Shown: positions 28,640-38,700 of the stretch, one piece after another
How positions within the stretch are numbered: the first letter of the stretch is position 1
Layout of the letters: each line of letters opens with the position of its first letter
NCBI GenBank assembly: GCA_963555825.3
Contig: CAUVXB020000002.1
Span: forward strand, 896,001 to 960,000
Source of the DNA: Alphaproteobacteria bacterium
GTDB taxonomy: Bacteria; Pseudomonadota; Alphaproteobacteria; JAAXGF01
DNA length: 64,000 nucleotides
Reading direction: 5' to 3'
Notes under the pieces: generated by a model
The model's database searches: none
Seen by the model: only the letters and a program-made list of their open reading frames with translations
Told to the model about the DNA's origin: nothing
Program-made: the position numbers and the translations under genes

Positions 28640-28670
28640 TAAGATCGAAAGAAATCGACGGGGGAACGTC

Positions 28671-29075
28671 ATGATCGGACTGGTGCTGGTGACCCACGGC
28701 AGGCTCGCCGATGAACTGATCGCCGCGACCGAGCACATCGTCGGCGCGCAACGCAACTTCCGCGCCGTCTGCATCGGGCCCGACGACGACATGGAACAGC
28801 GCCGCGACGATATCTTGAACGCGGTCACCGAGGTCGACAGCGGGGCCGGTGCGATCGTGCTGACCGACATGTTCGGCGGTACGCCGTCGAACCTGGCGAT
28901 CTCGATCATGGACAAGGCCAAGGTCGAAGTCATCGCCGGCGTCAACCTGCCCATGCTGGTCAAGCTTGCGAGCGTGCGCGAGAGCGAGTCGCTCGGCGAC
29001 GCGGTGGCCAGCGCGCAGGAGGCCGGCCGCAAATACATCAACGTCGCGAGTGCCCTGCTCGGCAACCAGAAATGA
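28671..29075 (+). CDS. PTS EIIA mannose-type component (ManX-like)
   Basis: MIGLVLVTHG, TDMFGGTPSN, AGVNLPML. Confidence 0.93.
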   Translation: MIGLVLVTHGRLADELIAATEHIVGAQRNFRAVCIGPDDDMEQRRDDILNAVTEVDSGAGAIVLTDMFGGTPSNLAISIMDKAKVEVIAGVNLPMLVKLASVRESESLGDAVASAQEAGRKYINVASALLGNQK

Positions 29076-29374
29076 CCGAAGCCGCGCTCGACCATGACGG
29101 CGCGGCGACGGTCCGCCGGACCGTTCCGATCGTCAACAAGCTGGGTCTTCACGCCCGCGCTGCGGCGAAATTCGTCAAGCGGGCCGGCGCATTCGACGCC
29201 GATATAACGGTCTCCAAGGATGGCGTGGACGTCTCGGGCGACTCGATCTTGGGGCTGATGATGCTGGCCGCGGGCCTCGGCTCGACGATCGCGATCGCGG
29301 CCAGCGGCTCCGATGCGGGACGCGCCATCGATGCACTCGCCACGCTGGTCGCCGACGGCTTCGAAGAGGATTGA
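29072..29374 (+). CDS. ptsH: Phosphocarrier protein HPr/NPr
   Basis: NKLGLHARAAAKFV, SILGLMML. Confidence 0.93.
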   Translation: MTEAALDHDGAATVRRTVPIVNKLGLHARAAAKFVKRAGAFDADITVSKDGVDVSGDSILGLMMLAAGLGSTIAIAASGSDAGRAIDALATLVADGFEED

Positions 29375-29381
29375 CGCGCCG

Positions 29382-31162
29382 ATGAGCGCCAAGCGGAAGA
29401 AGCCGGCCAAGCGACCCGCCGAGCAGGTGCTGCAAGGCATCGGCGTCTCGCCGGGCATCGCCATCGGGCCGGCGCATGTCGTCGAGCCGGGCATCATCGA
29501 GGTGCCCAAGTACGCGATCGCGGCCGACGGGATCGAGGCCGAGCGGGCGCGTTTCGCCGATGCCGTTGCGCGCGCCCTGAAGCAGGTCGCCAAGCTCCAC
29601 GACAAGGCCGACACGCTGCCCGGCAGCGCCGCCGAGGAACTCGGCTATCTGTTGGATGCCCATTCCCAGATGCTCGGCGAATCGCGTCTGGTGCGCGGCG
29701 TCGACCGCCGCATCGCCGATCAGGCGATAAACGCCGAGGCCGCCGTCTCCGAGGAGATCGCCGAGATCTCGCAGGCCTTCCTTGCGATGGACGACGACTA
29801 TTTCGCGGCGCGCCTCGACGATGTGCGCGACGTCGGCGCCCGGCTGTTGCGCGGCCTGATGGCGGTGCCCTACCAGGCGTTCTCCGATTTGCCGGAAGGC
29901 TCGGTGATCATCGCCGAGGAGTTGTCGCCGGCCGACACGGCACTGATGGACCCGCGCTGGTCGGCGGCTTCGCGACGGTCATCGGGGGCATCCAGGGTCA
30001 CACCGCGATCATGGCGCGCTCGCTCGGCCTGCCGGCGGTGATCGGCGTCCCCGACCTGGTCGGCAAGCTGCATTCGGGCGACCCGATCGTGGTCGACGGC
30101 GGCACCGGCAAGCTGACGCTCAATCCCAAGCCGGCGACGCTGGAGCGCTATGAAGCACGCCGCGCCGAGCTGCGGCGCCGCCAGCGCCAGCTCGCCCGCC
30201 TGCGCGACCTGCCGTCGGTCACCCGCGACGGTGTCGACATCATGCTGCAGGCCAACCTCGAGCTGCCCGGCGAGATCGACGGCGCGCTCGGCGCCGGCGC
30301 CCAGGGCGTCGGCCTGTTGCGCACCGAGTTCATGTACATGAACCGCGAGGAACCGCCCAGCGAGGACGAGCAGTACGCCACGCTGCGCGCCTTCATCGAA
30401 GCCATGGACGGCCGCCCGGTGACCGTGCGCACCCTGGATGCGGGCAGCGACAAGCTGGCCTTTTCGCTGGCCGGCCACATCCAGCCCAGCCTGAACCCGG
30501 CGCTCGGCTTACGCGCGATCCGTCTCTCGCTCAAGGTGCGCCCGTTGTTGGAGGCCCAGCTCGGTGCCATGCTGCGGGTCAGCGCGCACGGGCCGATGCG
30601 CATCCTGCTGCCGATGATCGGCACCACGGCGGAAGTGCGCCAGGTGCGCGAGGTGATGGCCAAGGTGGTGCGTCGGCTGCGCCGGCGCCGCGTGCCGATG
30701 GCCGATCCGCTGCCGCCGCTGGGCGCGATGATCGAGGTGCCGGGCGCCGCGCTGGCCGCCGACTCGCTCGCCCGGGTGTGCGATTTCTTCTCGATCGGCA
30801 CCAACGATCTGACCATGTACACGCTGGCCATCGACCGCGGCGACGAGCAGGTCGCGCCGCTTTTCGACCCGCTGCACCCGGCCGTGCTGCGCCTGATCCA
30901 GTTCTCGACCGAGGCGGCGTTGCGTGCGCGCATCCCGATCGCGGTATGCGGCGAGGTCGCCGGCGACCCGCGCTACGCGGTGCTGCTGCTCGGCCTCGGC
31001 ATCCGCGATCTGTCGATGTCGGCGGCCTCGCTGCCGCTCGTCAAGCAGCGCATCCGGAGCCTCGATATCGGCGAGGCGACGCGCCGCGCCCAGTCGATCA
31101 TGGACCAGTCCGACGCCGGCGTGATCGCCGCCATGCTCGACGATTTCAACGCGCTCGCCTGA
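29382..31162 (+). pseudogene. ptsI: PEP-protein phosphotransferase (enzyme I, no GAF domain), frameshifted near 29955
   Basis: Frame 1 GIGVSPGIAIG...ELSPADTALMDP; frame 2 continues LVGGFATVIGGIQGHTAIMARS, GLLRTEF, SIGTNDL, CGE-AG. Confidence 0.85.
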
Positions 31163-31236
31163 ACGCCGCGCGCGCCCTGGACACCGGGGCGAATTGGCCT
31201 ATAGTGCCGCGCCGGGCGCTCGGCGCCGCGTACCTC

Positions 31237-31367
31237 CCGTCGGTCAAATCGAGCTAATCGATTTGACCGACGGAGCCCGCGACTGCGGGCCGCCGCTTAT
31301 GCGGCGAAAGCCTGCGCGGCTATTGAGCGCAGCGGAGCCACGGGAACCGTGGCTCCGCGCACAAAAA
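31237..31367 (+). repeat. Structured repeat family B, copy B2, in the ahcY leader
   Basis: Upstream hairpin 31237-31273, then AGCCCGC-GACT-GCGGGC-CGCCGCTTATGCGGCG-AAA-GCCTGCGCGGCTATTGAGCGCA-[hairpin]-GCACAAAAA. Confidence 0.8.
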
Positions 31368-31380
31368 TACGGAGACCCCG

Positions 31381-32676
<1,296 letters not shown>

Positions 32677-32737
32677 TTATTTGTGCGATCACCATTACGC
32701 GACGCGTAAAGATGACCTGCGCTCAATCGCCGCGCAT

Positions 32738-32857
32738 GCCAGTCTTTATTCCACAAGGCCATTCTTGATCCCACAAGGCCATTCTTGATCCCACAAGGCC
32801 ATTCTTGATCCCACAAGGCCATTCTTGATCCCACAAGGCCATTCTTGATCCCACAAG
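32738..32857 (+). repeat. 20-bp tandem array (1 variant + 5 identical units)
   Basis: GCCAGTCTTTATTCCACAAG followed by 5x GCCATTCTTGATCCCACAAG. Confidence 0.95.
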
Positions 32858-32897
32858 GACTGGCCGAACGGTCGGCGGCCCCCTCTTGTCCCAATAA

Positions 32898-34072
32898 TAC
32901 CAGTGAGCGCCTGAATTGACTCTCGGGATATTCATTGATGGCGGATGATGGCGGATTGTGATTCTATGGTCTCCCACCAGATGTGGGGGATGTCATGGGA
33001 TCAGCACTCAAGATACGGGATGATTTGACGCCTTTGGAGCTTCGGCGCTGGGCTCGCGTGGAATCGTACGGTCGAGCGGCGGCGCGGGCCTATGGGATCG
33101 CGAATGCTTTGGAGGAGATGCCCCGGGCTGATGCCGCGCGGCTTGCGGGGATGGATCGCCAAACGCTTCGCGACGCGGTTGTTCGTTACAATGCAAAGGG
33201 ATTGGAGGGGCTTCACGACCGTCCAAAGGGCTACTCGCCGCGGCGGCTGACGGCAGACGAGGAAGCGGCGCTGGCGGCGGTCATCATCGCCGGGCCGGAG
33301 CCTGAGCGCGACGGGGTTTGCGCCTGGACCCGGGCCGATCTGTGCCGCTGGCTGGAGGAGCGCTTCGCCAAGACCTACCACCCCTCGAGCATGACCCGGG
33401 TTCTACGGCGGATGGGATTTTCCCGCCAGAAGGCGCGCCCGAGCCACCCGCGAAGGGACGCCGAAGCGCAGGAGCGCTTCAAAAAAGGGGGCTTCGCGAC
33501 ATCCTGAAGGCGACCGCCGCGGCGCATCCCGACAAGCGCCTACAGCTGTGGTTTCAGGATGAAGCGCGCGTCGGCAACAAGGGCCGGGTGTGTCACCGGT
33601 GGTGGCGCAGGGGCGAGCGTGCCCCCGGGACGCGTCAAATCGGCTACCAGTGGGCCTACATCTTCTCCGCCGTGCGCCCGGACACCGGCGACGACGTCAC
33701 CCTGGTGATGCCGAGCGTCAACGCCAAGGTCATGGACCTGTTTCTCGCACACTTCGCCGATACCCTGGACCAGGATGCGCACGCCGTCATGATGTGCGAC
33801 GGCGCCGGTTGGCACGACGAGCGCGCCCTCACCGTCCCCGACAACGTCACCTTGGCGCTGTTGCCGCCTTACAGTCCCGAACTCAACCCCGTCGAGCGGG
33901 TTTGGCTCTACCTACGCGAACGCTTCCTATCGCTCCGCGTCCTCGACGACACCGAGGCCATCATCGACGCCTGTTGCCAAGCATGGATCGACCTCATCGC
34001 AGAACCGGATCGTATGCGAACCCTCTGCGCCTATCCATGGATCATGAAGGCGATTTCATAGGCTCACTGGTA
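32898..34072 (+). mobile_element. IS630-family element, copy 1 (1175 bp)
   Basis: TIR TACCAGTGAGC/GCTCACTGGTA, flanked by TAA on both sides; two-ORF transposase. Confidence 0.93.
32995..34061 (+). CDS. IS630 transposase (HTH ORF plus DDE ORF, probable -1 frameshift at AAAAAAG 33481-33487)
   Basis: WFQDEAR, DGAGWH, LPPYSPELNPVE; slippery FKKGG run present in both copies. Confidence 0.9.
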
Positions 34073-34147
34073 TAAGACTGGCGCGGGCTGGGGTATTCTG
34101 GCCGATCTCAATCAATCGACTCGGACACGGCGCCGCCGGGTGTTTCT

Positions 34148-34213
34148 TTTTATAACGGAGTCAGACACCAATATTATAGCTTAATTACCATTGTTTAAAT
34201 GGTGTCTGACCCC
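34148..34213. repeat. GGGGTCAGACACC-type REP-like inverted repeat with AT-rich spacer
   Basis: GGAGTCAGACACCA...TGGTGTCTGACCCC. Confidence 0.65.
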
Positions 34214-34256
34214 GTAATTCCAAACCGAGCGACGGTCGCGAATTGTGAACCAGAAC

Positions 34257-35303
34257 CTAGTCGGCCAGGCCCTCACCGCCATTCTCGAAGCCGGTGACGC
34301 CTTTGGTGGTCGAGTACTCCCAGTGCAGCTCCTGGTCGGGGAAGACCAGCGGGTGGATGGCGTGGGCCGCCACCGCGGCCTCGGAGAAGCCGGTCAGGAT
34401 GAGCTTCAGCTTGCCCGGATAGGTGACGATGTCGCCGATCGCGAAGACGGCCGGCACGCTGGTCTGGCTGGTCGACGGGTCGATCGCGATCTGCTTCTTC
34501 TCCAGCGCGAGGCCCCAGTCGGCGATCGGGCCGAGTTCCATCGCGAGACCGTAAAACGGCAGCAGGACGTCGGCGTCGAGGCGCCGCTCGGTGCCCGCCA
34601 GATCGCGCACGACGACCGCCGAGAGCCGGCCGTCCGAGCCCTCGAGCGCGGCGAGCTGGTAGGGCACGACGAGCTCGACGGCGCCCCGATCGGCGAGCCG
34701 CTTGAGCCGTGCGACCATCTCGGGCGCGCCGCGGAACTTGTCGCGCCGGTGCACCACCGAGACCGAGGCGGCGACCTCGGCGAGCGAGAGCGCCCAGTCG
34801 ACCGCCGAATCACCGCCGCCGCCGATCACCACGCGTTTTCCCCGCAAATCCTCGCGCCGGCGCACCATGTAGAAGACGCTGGTGCCCTCGAACTCGGCGA
34901 GGCCGTCGAGCGGCGGTCGGTGCGGCCCGAAGGCGCCGACGCCGGCCGCGACGATCACCGCCCGGCAGTCGATCGTGACGCCTTCCGCCGTGCCGACGCG
35001 CCAGCCGCCATCCCCACGCGGCGCCAGCGTCGCGACCTGCTGGCCCAGGTGAGTGACCGGCGCGAACGGCGCGATCTGCTCGGTCAGCTTGTCGATCAGC
35101 CCGGCGGCGTCGATGCGCGGGTAGCCCGGGATGTCGTAGATCGGCTTCTCGGGATAGAGCGCGTAGCACTGCCCGCCCGGCGCGTCGAGCGCGTCGACGA
35201 CGTGGCAGCGCATGCCCAGCATGCCCGCCTCGAAGACCGCGAACAGGCCGACCGGGCCGGCGCCGACGATGACGATGTCGGTGTGGTGCTGGGCGTCGCT
35301 CAT
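34257..35303 (-). CDS. Thioredoxin-reductase-type ferredoxin--NADP+ reductase
   Basis: GAGPVG, GGQC-ALYPEKPIYDIPG, GGGDSAVDWAL, GD-TYPGKLKLI. Confidence 0.92.
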   Translation of the reverse strand: MSDAQHHTDIVIVGAGPVGLFAVFEAGMLGMRCHVVDALDAPGGQCYALYPEKPIYDIPGYPRIDAAGLIDKLTEQIAPFAPVTHLGQQVATLAPRGDGGWRVGTAEGVTIDCRAVIVAAGVGAFGPHRPPLDGLAEFEGTSVFYMVRRREDLRGKRVVIGGGGDSAVDWALSLAEVAASVSVVHRRDKFRGAPEMVARLKRLADRGAVELVVPYQLAALEGSDGRLSAVVVRDLAGTERRLDADVLLPFYGLAMELGPIADWGLALEKKQIAIDPSTSQTSVPAVFAIGDIVTYPGKLKLILTGFSEAAVAAHAIHPLVFPDQELHWEYSTTKGVTGFENGGEGLAD

Positions 35304-35452
35304 CTCACTCCCCCGGGCGCTTGCCGGCGGCTCCTAACATGGCGGCCGGGCGGGCCGGACGCAAGTCCGCATCGGCGCTGAAAGAAAGCGCTCGCCTGGA
35401 GCGCCCGCGGCGGCTATCCAAGGGCTTGGTCGTTGGCAGGGTGGAGACGAGC

Positions 35453-36172
35453 ATGACCGAGTTCCACAACGCGCTGGGCCAGCCGATCGGCTTCCCGGTC
35501 GAGGGTTGGACGGTGCGGCCGCGGCCGCCCCGGACGGCGATCGAGGGGCGCCATTGCCGGGTCGAGCCGGTCGATCCGGCGCGCCACGCCGCCGATCTCC
35601 ACGCCGCCAACCGCGAGGACACGCAAGACCGCATCTGGACCTATCTCCCCTACGGCCCGTTCGAGACGCTCGACGATTACCGGGCCTGGTTGGAAGCGAC
35701 CTGCCTGGGTGACGATCCGCTGTTCCACGCGATCGTCGATGCCGCGACCGAAAAGGCGGTCGGCGTCGCCAGCTATCTGCGCATCGAGCCGACGGCCGGC
35801 GTCATCGAGACTGGCCACATCAACTACGCGCCCAGGCTGCAGAAGACCGCCGGCGCGACCGAGGCGATGTTCCTGATGATGCGCCGCGTCTTCGACGAGC
35901 TCGGCTACCGGCGTTACGAATGGAAGTGCGACGCGCTCAACGCCGGCTCGCGCGCCGCCGCCGAGCGCCTCGGCTTTACCTTCGAGGGCGTCTTCCGCCA
36001 GGCGACGCTCTACAAGGGGCGCAACCGCGATACCGCCTGGTACGCGGTCACCGACGGCGATTGGCCGGCGATAAAGTCGGCCTTCGAGCGCTGGCTCGAC
36101 GACGCCAACTTCGACGCCGACGGGCGCCAGCGCGAAAGCCTGTCGGTTCTGACGGCGGCGGCGCGCGGCTAG
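35453..36172 (+). CDS. GNAT N-acetyltransferase (RimJ/RimL-like)
   Basis: WTYLPYGP, LGYRRYEWKCDALN, GRNRDTAW. Confidence 0.9.
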   Translation: MTEFHNALGQPIGFPVEGWTVRPRPPRTAIEGRHCRVEPVDPARHAADLHAANREDTQDRIWTYLPYGPFETLDDYRAWLEATCLGDDPLFHAIVDAATEKAVGVASYLRIEPTAGVIETGHINYAPRLQKTAGATEAMFLMMRRVFDELGYRRYEWKCDALNAGSRAAAERLGFTFEGVFRQATLYKGRNRDTAWYAVTDGDWPAIKSAFERWLDDANFDADGRQRESLSVLTAAARG

Positions 36173-36197
36173 CCGTCGTGCTAACATTCCGAAAGGA

Positions 36198-36701
36198 ATG
36201 TCGGAAAAAGATACCGCTGTCGAAATCGAGACCGCGCTGCCCGATTTGGCGGCGACGGCGGGCCTCGCCCGCCGCCTCGCGCCCCTGCTGCGCACCGGCG
36301 ACCTGGTCGGCCTCGCCGGCGTGCTCGGCTCAGGCAAGACGACGCTCGCGCGCGACCTCATCGCGGCGCTTTCGGGCCGCGACCGCGAGGTGCCGAGCCC
36401 GACCTTCACCCTGGCGCAGACCTACGACTGCGGCGCGCTCACGGTGTGGCATTTCGACCTCTACCGCATCGAGCGTCCCGCCGAGATCTTCGAGCTCGGC
36501 TTCGAAGATGCGCTCGCTGACGGCGTCACGCTGGTCGAATGGCCCGAGCGCCTCGGCGCGCTGATGCCGGCCGACCATCTGATGATCACGCTGGTCCAGG
36601 GACCGACGGCCGGCGCCCGTGTCGCCCGACTCACCGGCGGCGGTGCCTGGGCCGAACGATTGCGCGGTGCCCGGCTCGACCGTGCCTCGCTCGCCCAATG
36701 A
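36198..36701 (+). CDS. tsaE: tRNA threonylcarbamoyladenosine biosynthesis ATPase
   Basis: G-LGSGKTT, VPSPTFTL, HFDLYR, VEWPER. Confidence 0.95.
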   Translation: MSEKDTAVEIETALPDLAATAGLARRLAPLLRTGDLVGLAGVLGSGKTTLARDLIAALSGRDREVPSPTFTLAQTYDCGALTVWHFDLYRIERPAEIFELGFEDALADGVTLVEWPERLGALMPADHLMITLVQGPTAGARVARLTGGGAWAERLRGARLDRASLAQ

Positions 36702-37729
36702 GTGAGCGCGATCGGCAGATCGCCGACTTCCTGGCCGGCCACGGCTGGGGCGGGGCCACGCGCCACGCGCTGGCCGGCGATGCCTCGTTCCGGCGCTACG
36801 AACGGCTCGTCGATGGCGATCGCCGCGCCGTGCTGATGGACGCGCCGCCGGATCACGAGGACGTCCGGCCGTTCGTCGCCATCGGGCGCTATCTGCGCGC
36901 CTTGGGCTACAGCGCGCCCGAGATCCGCGCCGCCGACCAAGACGCCGGGCTGCTGCTGCTCGAAGACCTCGGCGACGATCTCTATGCCGACGCGCTCGCC
37001 GCCGGCGCCGACGAGGAAGCGCTCTATGGCGCCGCGGTCGACGTGCTGGTCGATTTGCACGGCGCGCGGCCGACCGGCCCCGGGCCGACCGGCCCCGGGC
37101 CGACCGGCCCCGATGTGCCGGCCTTCGACGACGCCCGGCTGCACCGCGAGGTCGATCGCTTGGTCGAATGGTTCCTGCCCGCCGCCAGCGGCGCCGAGGC
37201 GCCCGAGGCCGTGCGCGACGCCTATACCGAGGCCTGGACGGCGGTGTTCCCGCTGGCCCGCGCCGTGCCCGAGGCGCTGGTGCTGTTCGACTACCACACG
37301 CCCAACCTGATCTGGCTGCCCGAACGCGGCGGGCTGCGCCGCGTCGGCCTGCTCGACTTCCAGGACGCCGTGCGCGGGCCGCTGACCTACGATCTCGTCT
37401 CGCTGCTCGAAGACGCCCGGCGCGATGTGCCCGAGCCGCTCGCCCGCGCGATGGTCGCGCGCTATCTCGACGCCCGGCCCGAACTCGACCGCGCGGCGTT
37501 CGGGGCGGCCTATGCGATCATGGGCGCGCAGCGCAACTGCCGCATCATCGGCACCTTCGCGCGGCTCTGGCGGCGCGACGGCAAGGTCGGCTACCTGGCC
37601 CATTTGCCGCGCGTCTGGCGCTATCTCGAGCACAACCTGACCCATCCGGCGCTGGCGCCGGTCAAGCGCTGGCTCGACGACCGGGTGCCGCCGGCCTGGC
37701 GCGGCGCGGCGCCGTGGGCCGTGACATGA
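36698..37729 (+). CDS. amgK: Aminoglycoside-phosphotransferase-fold kinase (AmgK-like)
   Basis: AGDASFRRY, LLEDLG, DYH-PN, LDFQDA, YDLVSLL-D; lies between tsaE and murU. Confidence 0.85.
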   Translation: MSERDRQIADFLAGHGWGGATRHALAGDASFRRYERLVDGDRRAVLMDAPPDHEDVRPFVAIGRYLRALGYSAPEIRAADQDAGLLLLEDLGDDLYADALAAGADEEALYGAAVDVLVDLHGARPTGPGPTGPGPTGPDVPAFDDARLHREVDRLVEWFLPAASGAEAPEAVRDAYTEAWTAVFPLARAVPEALVLFDYHTPNLIWLPERGGLRRVGLLDFQDAVRGPLTYDLVSLLEDARRDVPEPLARAMVARYLDARPELDRAAFGAAYAIMGAQRNCRIIGTFARLWRRDGKVGYLAHLPRVWRYLEHNLTHPALAPVKRWLDDRVPPAWRGAAPWAVT

Positions 37730-38430
37730 CGGCGGCCATGGTGCTCGCCGCCGGCCGCGGCGAGCGTATGCGCCCGGTCACCGACCGCCTGCCCAAGCCG
37801 CTCGTGCGGGTCGGCGGCAGGCCGTTGATCGATCATGTGCTCGACGGCCTGGCCGCCGCAGGCGTCGCCCGCGCGGTGGTCAATCTGTGGTATCTGGCCG
37901 ACCTGATCGCCACCCATCTGGCCGATCGCACGACGCCCGACATCGTCTTGTCGCGCGAGGCGACCCTGCTCGATACTGGCGGTGGCGTCGCCAAGGCGCT
38001 GCCCGAGCTGGGCCCCGACGCGTTCTACGTGCTGAGCAGCGACGGCCTGTGGCGCGACGGCGCGACGCCCGCCCTGGCGCGGCTCGCCGCCGCCTGGGAC
38101 GATGATGCGATGGATGCTATCCTGCTGCTCCAGCCGATGGCCGACGCGATCGGCTTCGACGGCGCCGGTGATTTCTTCATCGAGCCGGACGGCCGGCTCG
38201 CGCGGCGTGGCGTCGCGGCCAGCGCGCCTTACGCCTATATGAGCATCCAGATGATGCACCCGCGCGCATTCGGCGGCTGCCCGACCGGCGCATTTTCAAA
38301 CAACTGGGTCTGGGACCACGCGCTCGCGGCCGGCCGGCTGTTCGGCCTGGTCCACGACGGCGAATGGTGCCACGTCGGCGATCCCGCCGGCCTCGCCGCC
38401 GCCGACGCCTGGCTCCAGAGCGGGGCTTAG
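37726..38430 (+). CDS. murU: Nucleotidyltransferase (MurU-like)
   Basis: AMVLAAGRGERMRP-T-PKPL, LLDTGGG, W-HVG. Confidence 0.85.
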   Translation: MTAAMVLAAGRGERMRPVTDRLPKPLVRVGGRPLIDHVLDGLAAAGVARAVVNLWYLADLIATHLADRTTPDIVLSREATLLDTGGGVAKALPELGPDAFYVLSSDGLWRDGATPALARLAAAWDDDAMDAILLLQPMADAIGFDGAGDFFIEPDGRLARRGVAASAPYAYMSIQMMHPRAFGGCPTGAFSNNWVWDHALAAGRLFGLVHDGEWCHVGDPAGLAAADAWLQSGA

Positions 38431-38694
38431 TACTCACTTGCACAATTCCACGGTACGTAGGACGGTCTTGCGTGGTCGTCCGGCAAGGCGCCCGGTTCGC
38501 CGTGATGCGACACCATCACAAGGGCCGGGCAACGCCGCCGGCGGCCGCGCAAGGCCGCCCTTCGGGTCGCGTTTCCCGTCCCCTCGGGGCGTCGGGAACG
38601 CTCTGCGATGCCAAGGCATCGCCGTCGCGCCCCCGACTGCCGAGGGGACGGGAAACGCGACCCTACGTGCCGTGGAATCGTGCAAGGGAGTACT
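38429..38694 (+). mobile_element. MITE family C (266 bp)
   Basis: 33-bp TIR AGTACTC(A/C)CTTGCAC(A/G)ATTCCACGG(T/C)ACGTAGG (30/33 match); starts within the murU stop codon. Confidence 0.85.
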
Positions 38695-38700
38695 GGGGCG

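Larger units (their letters stand above)
32679..34090 (-). repeat. Structured repeat family B, copy B3, carrying a tandem array and split by IS630
   Basis: Reverse complement matches B1 on both sides of the IS (32679-32897 and 34073-34090). Confidence 0.8.

Noticed and set aside
31205-31380. SAH or SAM-II riboswitch upstream of ahcY
   Set aside because: I could not find the consensus motifs; the sequence is instead a member of repeat family B, which also occurs in unrelated contexts.
32738-32857. CRISPR array
   Set aside because: The units are contiguous 20-mers with no unique spacers, and there are no cas genes in the window.
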